From Coleofasciculus sp. B1-GNL1-01 (GTDB lineage: Bacteria > Cyanobacteriota > Cyanobacteriia > Cyanobacteriales > Coleofasciculaceae): a stretch of 27,687 nucleotides of DNA. The notes below the pieces were generated by a model that was given only the letters and a program-made list of their open reading frames with translations, did not search any database and was not told where the DNA came from. The stretch is taken from NCBI GenBank assembly GCA_040220235.1, contig JAVJTO010000113.1; one strand, given 5' to 3'. Positions 1-9,370 of this stretch are shown one piece after another. The first letter of the stretch is position 1; the number at the start of each line of letters is the position of its first letter. Position numbers and translations under genes: made by a program.

Positions 1-170
1 AAAGCCTCCTAAGCTTTAGTCTGTAACCTTCTAAATCCGGTATTTCTGAGCTTTTCTTCGAGCTGAGCTAGAGGAGCTATTGTCTCTTGTTTTATTTGCG
101 TAAATAATACGCATAATATGTTATTTTTGTCCAAAGTCCAATAAGTAAGGGATAACTCATAATTTATCCT

Positions 171-602
171 TCATAATCCATACTTGAGATGTCTCACCTT
201 ATTAACAGGTTGATCAGGATGGGCTGGATTGGGGATCAATCGCTGATTGGGACAATCGACCAACAAATCTAATTTCTCTAATACAGTTTGACCAATCAGC
301 ACCTCATCACCCAAAACTAACGCCTCCTCCAACGTATCCCGCCCTTCCCATTCTATTAATACAGCATCCGTTATACCAACTGATTCTAGACGACCATCAG
401 CATAACCAGCCACCCCTTGCTTCCTAATGTCTAAACCCAGACGCTGTACCACATGAATCGGAAGAACTGAACACACTGCACCTGTATCGACGATAGCTGC
501 TGCTTCATAGCTTCGTACTTGATCAGTAGACAGTTGTCCTCGACGTGCTAGCATTTCGTCTAATGCATTTGTCAGCTTAACTTTTACTTTGACTTCACCC
601 AT
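171..602 (-). CDS. Clan AA (retropepsin-like) aspartic protease
   Basis: Catalytic 'IVDTGA' motif, 'YADGR' flap and C-terminal 'LIGQTVLEKLDL' motif. The ATG at 602 (MGEVKVK) is preferred over 641. Confidence 0.85.
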   Translation of the reverse strand: MGEVKVKVKLTNALDEMLARRGQLSTDQVRSYEAAAIVDTGAVCSVLPIHVVQRLGLDIRKQGVAGYADGRLESVGITDAVLIEWEGRDTLEEALVLGDEVLIGQTVLEKLDLLVDCPNQRLIPNPAHPDQPVNKVRHLKYGL

Positions 603-772
603 AGTTCCCCAGATTTTACAGTTAGTATTTAAATCATACATCTAAAACTATATCGTTAACCTAAATGCTATTGTTTATCCCCTGTTCGCTTTTTCGATAT
701 TGAGTTAAGCCATCTGTGACAGAAAATGCTAAAGTATTGAATCGTCCTAACTCCTCCATCCAACCTGATTTT

Positions 773-1465
773 ATGAACACCGTTGATGATAAAACCGTAG
801 TTAAAGACTATTTCAACGCCACTGGATTTGACCGTTGGCGGCGGATTTACGGCGAGGGCGAGGTCAATAAAGTCCAACTGGATATCCGTAATGGACACCA
901 GCAAACCGTCGATACTGTTCTAAGCTGGCTCAAGACTGATGGCAATTTAGCTGAGTTATCTATCTGCGACGCTGGCTGCGGTGTGGGAAGTCTCAGCATT
1001 CCCCTAGCTGAAGCAGGTGCGAAAGTCTTTGCCAGTGATATCTCAGAAAAAATGGTCGGTGAAGCCAAAGAAAAAGCAGGCGCTAGCTTGGTGAATTCTG
1101 ATAATCTTAGCTTTGCCGTACAGGATTTGGAAGACTTGAGTGGTAACTATCACACGGTTATTTGCCTAGATGTACTGATTCATTATCCTCAAGATAAAGC
1201 GGATCAGATGATCTCCCATCTTGCTTCTCTAGCCGAGTCACGCTTAATTCTTAGCTTTGCTCCCAAAAACATTGTATACAGTTTGCTCAAGAAAATTGGC
1301 GAATTGTTTCCCGGTCCTTCTAAAACCACTCGTGCCTACCTACACCGCAAAGCCGATATTATCAAAATATTGGAGCGTAACGGCTTTTCCATTCAACGCA
1401 CGGGAATGACCAGTACCCAGTTTTACTTTTCTTACCTTTTAGAAGCAACCAGAAATTCCGATTAA
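773..1465 (+). CDS. chlM: Magnesium-protoporphyrin IX O-methyltransferase
   Basis: N-terminus 'DDKTVVKDYFNATGFDRWRRIYG', SAM motif 'CDAGCGVG', 'CLDVLIHYP' and 'FPGPSKTTRAY' are typical of ChlM/BchM. The ATG at 773 is preferred over the GTG at 716. Confidence 0.95.
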   Translation: MNTVDDKTVVKDYFNATGFDRWRRIYGEGEVNKVQLDIRNGHQQTVDTVLSWLKTDGNLAELSICDAGCGVGSLSIPLAEAGAKVFASDISEKMVGEAKEKAGASLVNSDNLSFAVQDLEDLSGNYHTVICLDVLIHYPQDKADQMISHLASLAESRLILSFAPKNIVYSLLKKIGELFPGPSKTTRAYLHRKADIIKILERNGFSIQRTGMTSTQFYFSYLLEATRNSD

Positions 1466-1494
1466 TTTATTCGGTTCATCTGACAAAGCTCCGG

Positions 1495-1695
1495 CTCCCC
1501 TCTCCCACCTTCGTGCAAAAAAAAAGCGAAGCAACATCTAGTCTCCCCCATGGAACAAAAAGCGAAGCATCCGCTGGCTTCCCCCTTTTGAAGGGGGACG
1601 GGAGGGGGATCTATAAGGGAAGAGGGGGATCTAATCGGGAAGAGGGAGATTCAAAAATGGGCAAGGGGAAGATAGAGAGAGGCTGGGGGTGAGGG
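1495..1695. repeat. Composite GC-rich short dispersed repeat (SDR-type) between convergent genes
   Basis: Outer arms CTCCCCTCTCCC (1495-1506) and GAGAGAGGCTGGGGGTGAGGG (1675-1695) enclose two CAAAAA(n)GCGAAGCA modules, a TCCCCCTT-ttg-AAGGGGGA hairpin (1580-1598) and three GGGA(A)GAGGGGGATCT-like units. The same architecture recurs at 11825-13768. Confidence 0.75.
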
Positions 1696-1702
1696 CTGAT
1701 TT

Positions 1703-2398
1703 TTAAGCAAACAAATCAGGATATTGCTCCTTAGCCCACATCGGTAAACCGGCGGCTGGATTTTCAAGCTGACGGTTCAGCAGCTCGATAATATTGGGCA
1801 TTTTACTTAACAAATCAAACACCACAATATTGCAATCCAATCCCTTAGAATCGGTGAACCCTCTGACATTTTTATCCAGTTCAAGATAAAACTTGGGATT
1901 CAATTCACTCCCAAACCCAATAATCACAATTTTCAGTTCATCCTGACTTTTCAATCTGGCACTGGTTGTCTGAATTAAGTTCAAAAACTTATCTCGGTCA
2001 TCAAACTGACCGTCTGTGTAAATGATAATGAACCCTTCCCGATTTGCCTCACGATTCGCAAACCATTGATTAATCACTTGCTCAAGGGTTGGTGTGATAA
2101 ACGTGCTACTATCGGGTTGATTTTCATCAAAGACACTAGGAACCTGAGCCGTATCTTCAATGTAGATTATTTTGTCACAGGGGCGATTAGGACTAAAAAA
2201 GGTTAGGGCAATTTCCTCACAAACCTTGTCCTCATCCAGACTGGTTTCATTGAGAATGCGATAGACGTGTCCTTCAATGACTTCCGGTAGAACTTTCCAG
2301 CGAATATTATTATTAAATTCTGGATCTCTTCTCACCATTGACCCACTTTGGTCGATGAGCATGAAAACATCTCGGTTAAAAAGTTTTTTACTTGGCAT
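1703..2398 (-). CDS. von Willebrand factor A (vWA) domain protein
   Basis: MIDAS motif 'LIDQSGSM', later 'STFITP' and 'IIIYTDG'. The ATG at 2398 follows AAGGGGA; the ORF can be extended to 2566. Confidence 0.8.
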   Translation of the reverse strand: MPSKKLFNRDVFMLIDQSGSMVRRDPEFNNNIRWKVLPEVIEGHVYRILNETSLDEDKVCEEIALTFFSPNRPCDKIIYIEDTAQVPSVFDENQPDSSTFITPTLEQVINQWFANREANREGFIIIYTDGQFDDRDKFLNLIQTTSARLKSQDELKIVIIGFGSELNPKFYLELDKNVRGFTDSKGLDCNIVVFDLLSKMPNIIELLNRQLENPAAGLPMWAKEQYPDLFA

Positions 2399-2915
2399 AG
2401 AATCCCCTTTTTGAATAATACCCTGAGTTTGGGTTTCAATAATCGTTGCTTGATGCAAAATGGGTGGAGCGCTCGGCGCCGTAGCCCTTGTTTTTTTGGG
2501 GCATATTGCCGAGAGACCCGATACCAATAGTTTAATGGTTTTTGCCACCCAGTTATAAATAGACATTTGAAGTCCCTACAGTCCGCAGGTTGATGGACAT
2601 TGTTTTAATTAAGAATTCTTAAGTGTATTATAACTATCACATATAGTTTATATGTACTACTAAGAGGATAGTACTATAGGTTGGGTTGACGCGCCGAAAC
2701 CCAACCAAACTCAGGACTCGCATCCCTGACTACAAACTTAATCTAATGCATAAAATCAGGTATACCACACCATAGTAATGTGGTATACGCAACTAAATAG
2801 GGATTGGAGATGAATACTCGAATCCCTGGAAATTTCTTATTTAGATTCTAATAATGGAGTTAACAAATTCGTTCAGGTGCTAAAGGTTGAGAAGTATAGC
2901 ACCTGTTTAGCCAAT

Positions 2916-3719
2916 TTAGGCATCAGACTTTTTGTTGCGCTTGCGTAATCCAAAAGCACTTGCCATCGCCAGAGTACCTAAGCCCAAGACAGTTCCAGGT
3001 TCAGGTACATCTTTAATCAACTGGAAGTCAACACCGTCACCTGTGCCTGCCTGGTCTTGACCCAACTTTAAGGTAATTTCGCTAACATCTTTCCAGGTTT
3101 GGAAATAAAGGTTCCCATCCTCTCCGAGGGGAACGGGATTTGCGCCGGAGATCAACGTTCCATCCGTTAAAGCTTCAGCGAAGAAATTAGGAACGCCAGT
3201 TGTGGCAGAAGTCTCAGTATCGAAATACTTAATGGTTAGTTTTGGGATTAGCTTGGTGAACGTAAATTTGTAAGTACCAACTTCTAGTTGCCCTTCTTCT
3301 TCTCCAACAGAACCATCAGCATTTGTTTCGGAGGGACGGAACCAAGCTCCTGGTGGTGGCGGCGTCGTACCGAGATCCTCTGCCAACAGGTCTGCTATAC
3401 CCAGAGTACCGCCATCATAGATTGTTTCCGTGCCTAGGATATCAATAAATAAGCGGCTTTTTGTCCCACTCGTCTCATCTACTAAGCTCTCTATACTTTC
3501 TATCCAAGGAATATCACTAGGAGCTATACATTGGCTGGCATCAAGGCAACCGCTTGGACTGCCTGTAACACCTACATTAATTTCTGTTTCTATATCTTGT
3601 GGAGGCAGCAACTTAATGGCAGAAGCTGAAGGAGCCATAAGCCCTACCGTTACTGTAGAGGCGGCAACTAGCGAGGCAACGGTAGCGGAATGGCGGAAAA
3701 GAGTTGAGAGAGATTTCAT
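2916..3719 (-). CDS. PEP-CTERM sorting-domain exported protein (LEVG-motif type)
   Basis: Signal peptide ending 'APSASA', internal 'GQLEVGTYKFTF', C-terminal 'VPEPGTVLGLGTLAMASAFGLRKRNKK'. Confidence 0.88.
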   Translation of the reverse strand: MKSLSTLFRHSATVASLVAASTVTVGLMAPSASAIKLLPPQDIETEINVGVTGSPSGCLDASQCIAPSDIPWIESIESLVDETSGTKSRLFIDILGTETIYDGGTLGIADLLAEDLGTTPPPPGAWFRPSETNADGSVGEEEGQLEVGTYKFTFTKLIPKLTIKYFDTETSATTGVPNFFAEALTDGTLISGANPVPLGEDGNLYFQTWKDVSEITLKLGQDQAGTGDGVDFQLIKDVPEPGTVLGLGTLAMASAFGLRKRNKKSDA

Positions 3720-3817
3720 GATGTGGTTCCCTAGAGTGAGTAGATGTTTAAAATGTGAAGACTTGGTTTAATGTTTGATGGATTGTCTAAAGTTGTGATT
3801 TTCTTTCGACTAAATAA

Positions 3818-3886
3818 ATAGTAGGCTGGATTCTTGAAGTTGTCTATAAAGTTACGATGAATTTCATATAAAGTTTATATGAAGAT
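3818..3886 (-). promoter_or_regulatory. Putative promoter of the PEP-CTERM gene with phased regulator-binding repeats
   Basis: -10-like TACTAT at 3823-3818. Four 9-mers in 11-bp phase (3845, 3856, 3867, 3878) and a perfect 10-1-10 palindrome TTCATATAAA-G-TTTATATGAA (3863-3883). Confidence 0.45.
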
Positions 3887-4267
3887 GATGTTCAGGGTGT
3901 CTAATTGAATTTATGACAACCGGAATTAACGAGAAGAATTATTTCTATCCCCCTCCCGTGCTTCTGCTTCCAGAGCAGGTAAAGACATAATCAAAAGCCT
4001 TTACCCCCTCCCCTTTGTCATCTTGTCACATCTTTCTTAAACAATTGATAGGCAGAGGGGGGAGCCATAAGTCCGGCATTTTTATAGCAAATCGCTAGGC
4101 GTGTATTTACAACTCCCGTACCTGAAACTGAGTCCAGATGGGATGTTCGTACAAACAAAGTCTAACTAGACCACGTTACTGTTTTTAGGTTCTGTAGTCG
4201 GTTTGAGGTAATTTGCCAACAGTATCCTGTATGCACTAAGGTAATCATCAACTTTTGCCGTCTTGCA

Positions 4268-5068
4268 CTAGGTATCTTTTTGGCTAGAGAGCAATTTCAC
4301 CAGCGATGCTAACCAATAAGAGAGAATCGATATCAACACCATAAGCCAAATTAGGGGATTCTTGGAGCGGATTCCCTCCTGAAAATTGGCGGGTAAAAAC
4401 CAGGGTTGAGGGGATAAATCTTGCCAACTCTCGCCCTCTACCAATAATGATAAACTGCGCCACACACCAGCCTCTTGCAGCGCTTCGGGCTTTTTAATCC
4501 CGGTGACGACGAGGAGAATACCGGGAGTTGGCGGTAAATGACAGGTTCGTAATTCTTCGGCTAATTCATGTCTCAGCGTCGCGATATTCCGCCCAATTTT
4601 TGGGGTGAGAGTCGGCGGTTGATTGGACAGTTGCTGAGGATTTCGGATTACAGTAATCAATCGCTTCATCTCAGGTAATGACACCTGAAAGCCATAGTTA
4701 CCACCTAAGCCTACCGCTTGATTGAGTTGTGCTACTAGGAGGTGATAGTCTTCGTCAATTAATGCAGATGCGGCTAAACTTCGCAGCAGGGGTTCGTCCG
4801 TCGTTGCACCCACCCAAGCCATAGCGATGCGGATTTGGCGGTCTAGAAAATCGACTCGTCCTTTGGGTTCTAGTCCCGTTAGGAGCAACAGCAACTGGTT
4901 ATCCACTAATCGTTCTAACACAACCGTTGGTGTTTCGCGATCGATTAAACTAGGTACCGTCAATCCAATGGGGGGTAATTTAGGTTGAATTGACCCATTG
5001 TGACCAACCTGTAGCCAACGGTAATCATAATCTTGCTCAAAGCCGCGACTCTGGATATAGATATCCAT
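4268..5068 (-). CDS. Hypothetical GTPase-associated protein with C-terminal transmembrane anchor
   Basis: 266 aa. N-terminal 'YIQSRG..QDYDYRW', 'RVDFLDRQIR' motif and hydrophobic C-terminal helix 'PLIWLMVLISILSYWLASLV'. Starts 54 bp after the GTPase stop codon. Confidence 0.7.
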   Translation of the reverse strand: MDIYIQSRGFEQDYDYRWLQVGHNGSIQPKLPPIGLTVPSLIDRETPTVVLERLVDNQLLLLLTGLEPKGRVDFLDRQIRIAMAWVGATTDEPLLRSLAASALIDEDYHLLVAQLNQAVGLGGNYGFQVSLPEMKRLITVIRNPQQLSNQPPTLTPKIGRNIATLRHELAEELRTCHLPPTPGILLVVTGIKKPEALQEAGVWRSLSLLVEGESWQDLSPQPWFLPANFQEGIRSKNPLIWLMVLISILSYWLASLVKLLSSQKDT

Positions 5069-5122
5069 CAGTTGATTCCTAATTTGAAAATAGTGTTGAT
5101 TTATATAGACAAATGACGAATA

Positions 5123-6112
5123 TTACAGAGTTAATAACGATTTACCTTGGAGAACGGCAAATCCTCCGTTTGTTTTGCATCCCTGAGCAAATTGCTCCAC
5201 TGCTTGCTTGAGTTGAGCATCCGGATTGAACAATTCCCGAACCACGTTAAACATAGACCAGTTGCGATTTTGAATATAGACTTTTAATAAAAATCGCAAT
5301 AAATACCGCAGCAACTGTTCGCTATCTTGGGGACTATATTGGGCATCAAAACTCGTCTTGCGAAAATAAAAGCGGGGTTGATTCAGATTTTCTACCTCGA
5401 TTTTCAAGAACACCACACAGCCAACGGTTTGCACTGGCGTTGTCACCACGGCAATTTTATCGGCTCGTCTTGGCTCTTGAAAAAATTCCAGTAATGGGGC
5501 ATATTTTTCTTGAATCTGTTTAATCAGATTGTGGGCAGATACTTCATCTTGCATGTAGGTTTCACACTTGACGGGAGCCAAAATGACTAACTTTGGTTCG
5601 TCCAACTTTTGGTACGCTGTCTTAAACAATGTCATAATCTCATCAGGCTTATTTCTCACCTCATGCCATCTGCCATTCAGTTCCATCAGCGCTGGCGTAT
5701 CAATTGCCACAATCACCGCCGCACATTCCCGCAACATCTTCTGCACAAATCGCCTCCCCGCTACATCACTGGGTAAAATATAGCCACCAGGATAATCTCG
5801 AAACTGAAGCCGCAGGTAATCGTTTTTGTCATTTAAGCCTAAATCAAAACGGTAAGAGGGTAAGGATTCGGGTCCAGCAACAGCTAAGGTGCCGCGAATT
5901 CCTTTGGTGCGTTCATCGGCTTTGAATTCGTAGGTTAAACTTTTGAGTTGAGCGAGATACCGTTCCAGAATTGCTGCTGTTTCAACATCGGGTTTTAAGT
6001 GGAGATTGGCTTGACGACTTGTTGCCTCAAATTGCTCATACATTGAGGTTAATAATGTCGTCTTTCCAACACCACTCGCACCCAGCATGGTTATATTGAG
6101 TTCTTTAGCCAT
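5123..6112 (-). CDS. TRAFAC-class P-loop GTPase domain protein
   Basis: G1 'GASGVGKT' (aa 11-18), G2-like 'RGT', G3 'DYPG', G4-like 'VKCE'. Confidence 0.8.
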   Translation of the reverse strand: MAKELNITMLGASGVGKTTLLTSMYEQFEATSRQANLHLKPDVETAAILERYLAQLKSLTYEFKADERTKGIRGTLAVAGPESLPSYRFDLGLNDKNDYLRLQFRDYPGGYILPSDVAGRRFVQKMLRECAAVIVAIDTPALMELNGRWHEVRNKPDEIMTLFKTAYQKLDEPKLVILAPVKCETYMQDEVSAHNLIKQIQEKYAPLLEFFQEPRRADKIAVVTTPVQTVGCVVFLKIEVENLNQPRFYFRKTSFDAQYSPQDSEQLLRYLLRFLLKVYIQNRNWSMFNVVRELFNPDAQLKQAVEQFAQGCKTNGGFAVLQGKSLLTL

Positions 6113-6356
6113 GTAATTATTACTCCATCTTTTAACTTTTGACCCTTTACTTTGCTAGTGGAACCGGGTTTGTCGGTGCGGGTTTAGAGAATTTCGTTCC
6201 ACTGTTGATGATAACATTTCATCCCTACCTGTCCTTAGTTGATGTTTCACTTTGCTAGTGAGATATGATTTTCAGATAATTTTCAACTCATCTGTGTAAA
6301 GATGTAAGGGTGAGCCGCCGGACTCCAGTTAATAGGAAAGCTAGCTACCCAGAAGC

Positions 6357-6422
6357 GCTAAAGCGCTTACTACGAACGGCTAAAGCGCTTACTACGAACG
6401 GCTAAAGCGCTCACTACGAGCG
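6357..6422. repeat. 3 x 22-bp tandem repeat GCTAAAGCGCTTACTACGAACG
   Basis: Units at 6357-6378 and 6379-6400 are identical; 6401-6422 has 2 mismatches. No spacers. The unit resembles one arm of a GTAG-type palindromic dispersed repeat. Confidence 0.9.
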
Positions 6423-6444
6423 ACGCGATCGCGCCCATTCTAAA

Positions 6445-8652
6445 TCAGTTTAAAAACTGGAGTTGTTTGAGCGAATTAGCGGCTATTGCTTGATCCACTA
6501 AGGATAACCATTGCTGACGATCATCACCTTCTTGATTATCGCCAAATTCCTTAGACCAAACCTGAGCTTTTTCTTGAAAAAGGAAGATTTGCCATTCATT
6601 CTTCACATCTTTTGCTCGCAGCACCTGATCAACAAACTCTTCAACTTCGGCAAAAGCGGCTTGACCCGGTTCTCCATAAAAATTCTCTAAGGCATGTTGA
6701 CATTTAAACACAGCTTCTTCTTGTAATGTTTCTAAATAGGTGAAGATTTCCTGTGCCTTTATCTCCCGAGACTCTGTAGCATTCGATGCAGACAAACGCA
6801 GATTGGTTTTATCGGGATTTAGATTATCTAAATGAGGACGAATCCGATAATGAAAGTTAGCTTTATAAGACATTTCAAAATTCGATAGGGTATGAAAAGC
6901 GTGCTTGAGTCGGACTAAATTATCAGGAACACGTTCTGCCATGGCTTTAAGAAACTCTGAGCCTCTGGCTGGGGTGAGTTCTCCGAAATTTCCTTGATTT
7001 ACCAGTACCTCCGTAACTTGAAACTTTGCCTGTTCTACATATTCTTTTAGTCCCATGTCCATAGCGTGAAAATGGCGAGTGAGATGATTACGGATTTCAT
7101 GGAGATATTTGGCATAAGTGGTTTGCCAATCCCCTTCTTCAAACCGTCGGGCAATGATTTCGTTTATGGGTTCCTCAGTGGGAATTCCGGTATCGCTTTT
7201 GCAGGTTTGGATAATGGATTCAACCTGTTGTTTGAAGATATCTTGTTCATCGCGATCCTTGGCTATATCGAGCTGATCTAATAATTCTTCTAGTCCCCGC
7301 GTTAGATTTGCCCAGAGTTTATTGAATAGGCGCAAAAACTTGGCTTGTTCATTGATATCATCAACAATTAATCCGCCTGACCAAACCAGACGGGCTTTCT
7401 CTAGTTCCGCATTAATTAAAATTTGCAGTTCTTTAAGTTTTTTCTGGTAGAGGCGGGCATGTTGCTCATCTAAGTAGGTGATGTTATTGGCTAGATAGTT
7501 GAGAACTAAGTCGAGAATGGCATTGGTTTCCTCTGGATTAGCACAATCGGCAATTTTGCAGCGGATGACATCAATATGTTTATCGTGAATACTGGTTTGA
7601 TGTTTCTGACAGGCTTCCATGTTGTCATCGGTTCCGGTGATATGGTTGAGAATCATAAATGAGCGATTCTCTAGATTGTTTAATGCTTCGGCTGCGGTGT
7701 TGTATAAATCGGTATCCCGTTTTTCCCATCCATAGCGGAGTTTATCCGGGCGGCGAATGAAAATGACTAAATCTACCTCTTGTCCGATGGTTTCTAGGAT
7801 AAGTTTCTCATCGCCTAAGCGAGTATCTCCTAAACCAGGTACATCGACTAAGGCGATTTTACCGACATCGGAATTTTTGAAGGGACAGAAAATTTTAACT
7901 TCGCGAACGGCTAAATGGTCAAAGGTGATTAATTCGCCTTGGGGAAAGCGGCGTTGGGCGACATATTCATGAATGCGTTCTTTGGGAATGGGAGGAAGTT
8001 TTCGGGGTGCGCCAGACAGGAGTAAGTGTCTGTACATGGGTAAGTGTTTATGATAATCTTCTTTGAGATGTTCATACATGGATTTTTTGGTCGCATCTGT
8101 CCCCGAAAACTCTGGCAAAGTTCCGGCAAATTCATCTATGGTTTGGGGAGGATTGCCTAAGTCTAATTCCTGGTAGTAGGGCTGAATGACTTCTTGTAAA
8201 AACGTCTGTTCAGAATGAACCGTTACCTCGGCGTAGGGTTCTCCGGGTTGATGATAAATGGTGCTGCGAACAGCGGTACAAGCACCACCTCGGAGGGCGG
8301 GGATTTCATCATCGGAGAGTCCACTGATACTCTGGAGGAAGGTACTTTTTCCTTGACCCATGAGTCCAACGACGCCAATATTTAAGGTAGGGCGGGAGAA
8401 GCGATCGCGCAGTTGATGCAGTTGCTCCAGTTGCGTGCTAATCTGTAAGCGCAATGGGGAAAAGTCGATTTGAGTCAGGCGATCGCACACTTCGGGTTCG
8501 TCTAGTTTATCCTTTAAGATATGACGCCGTTGATCCAGGGAGCGGAGCAAGTCCGTCAGGTTTCGCAGATGTTCCTCGACATCAGCAATACTCTGAACTA
8601 AGGGCTGGCGTTGGTTAATAATTTCGGCTAGGGTTTCGGCGCGATTGGACAT
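6445..8652 (-). CDS. Dynamin-like large GTPase
   Basis: 735 aa. Helical/coiled-coil N-terminus, G1 'GLMGQGKS' (aa 96-103), G2 'CTAV', G3 'LVDVPGLGD', degenerate G4 'ILNH' and a long predicted helical C-terminal stalk. Confidence 0.78.
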   Translation of the reverse strand: MSNRAETLAEIINQRQPLVQSIADVEEHLRNLTDLLRSLDQRRHILKDKLDEPEVCDRLTQIDFSPLRLQISTQLEQLHQLRDRFSRPTLNIGVVGLMGQGKSTFLQSISGLSDDEIPALRGGACTAVRSTIYHQPGEPYAEVTVHSEQTFLQEVIQPYYQELDLGNPPQTIDEFAGTLPEFSGTDATKKSMYEHLKEDYHKHLPMYRHLLLSGAPRKLPPIPKERIHEYVAQRRFPQGELITFDHLAVREVKIFCPFKNSDVGKIALVDVPGLGDTRLGDEKLILETIGQEVDLVIFIRRPDKLRYGWEKRDTDLYNTAAEALNNLENRSFMILNHITGTDDNMEACQKHQTSIHDKHIDVIRCKIADCANPEETNAILDLVLNYLANNITYLDEQHARLYQKKLKELQILINAELEKARLVWSGGLIVDDINEQAKFLRLFNKLWANLTRGLEELLDQLDIAKDRDEQDIFKQQVESIIQTCKSDTGIPTEEPINEIIARRFEEGDWQTTYAKYLHEIRNHLTRHFHAMDMGLKEYVEQAKFQVTEVLVNQGNFGELTPARGSEFLKAMAERVPDNLVRLKHAFHTLSNFEMSYKANFHYRIRPHLDNLNPDKTNLRLSASNATESREIKAQEIFTYLETLQEEAVFKCQHALENFYGEPGQAAFAEVEEFVDQVLRAKDVKNEWQIFLFQEKAQVWSKEFGDNQEGDDRQQWLSLVDQAIAANSLKQLQFLN

Positions 8653-8653
8653 G

Positions 8654-8815
8654 ATAGGAATAAGGAATAGGGAATAGGGTTTATTAATTAATAGCGGTTG
8701 AAACCGCAGCTACACAAACAAAACCCGCCTGCGCGGGTTTCCACACACACATTAGTCCGCGTAGGCGGACTGTGTTTAGCCGTGATTTCCTGGTTCTTCA
8801 GGACTTAAGTTGACT
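8654..8815. repeat. STRR-like heptamers plus palindromic dispersed repeat
   Basis: ATAGGGA-like units at 8654-8679. Hairpins GCGGTT-gaaa-CCGC, AAACCCGC-CT-GCGCGGGTTT and AGTCCGCGTAGGCGGACT. A CTTAAGTTGAC end motif near 8804-8814. Confidence 0.65.
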
Positions 8816-9124
8816 ATCCATACATGGTAGCGCGATCGCACGATTGAGGGAAACGATGCTTGTGTTCCGCTCAAGCCGGGAGACTGACTCACTACGGAGG
8901 CGTTATACCACTATAGAGGATTGTGCGATCGCGTGGAGGACAAAACCCCTAGTTTCTGGTGAGATAGGCTGGTGTCAATGTGCGTGCGATCGCGTGGCTG
9001 GGCAAGTTGCTAATATGGCTAGTATTAAGGAAATGAGGTTCCTCCGTTTTAACTATGCTAAAATAACAATAAATTTACGATTAATTAAACAATAAATTGC
9101 ATTTAAATAGACCTAACTTGAGGA

Positions 9125-9370
9125 TTGCCAAGCGTGCCAAGTCCAAAAAAGACCAGCAGTAAAACGAAGGGGAAGAGCGCAAAAACCAGCAATGGTGCTA
9201 AATTAGGCTTTGAACAAACCCTGTGGACAGCAGCCGATAAACTACGAGGTCTTATGGATGCGGTCGAATACAAGCACGTTGTTCTGGGGTTAATATTCCT
9301 CAAGTATATTTCCGATGCGTTTCAGGAACGATATCAGAAACTAGACAAGGAGTTAGGGTATGGCTCCTAG
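9125..9370 (+). pseudogene. hsdM: Type I restriction-modification methyltransferase HsdM, N-terminal fragment only
   Basis: '[40 protein letters not shown]' is the conserved HsdM N-terminal block. The ORF stops at 81 aa with no methylase domain, and overlaps the next start codon. Confidence 0.85.

Noticed and set aside
668..1068. Antisense ORFs over chlM, and similar short shadow ORFs over other long genes
   Set aside because: They largely or wholly overlap well-supported genes on the opposite strand or in another frame, and lack motifs.
6357..6422. 22-bp repeats as a mini CRISPR array
   Set aside because: The units are directly adjacent with no spacers, and there are no cas genes in the window.
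8844..9095. 83-aa ORF upstream of the hsdM fragment
   Set aside because: TTG start, no recognisable motif, and it lies in a HIP1-rich intergenic patchwork.
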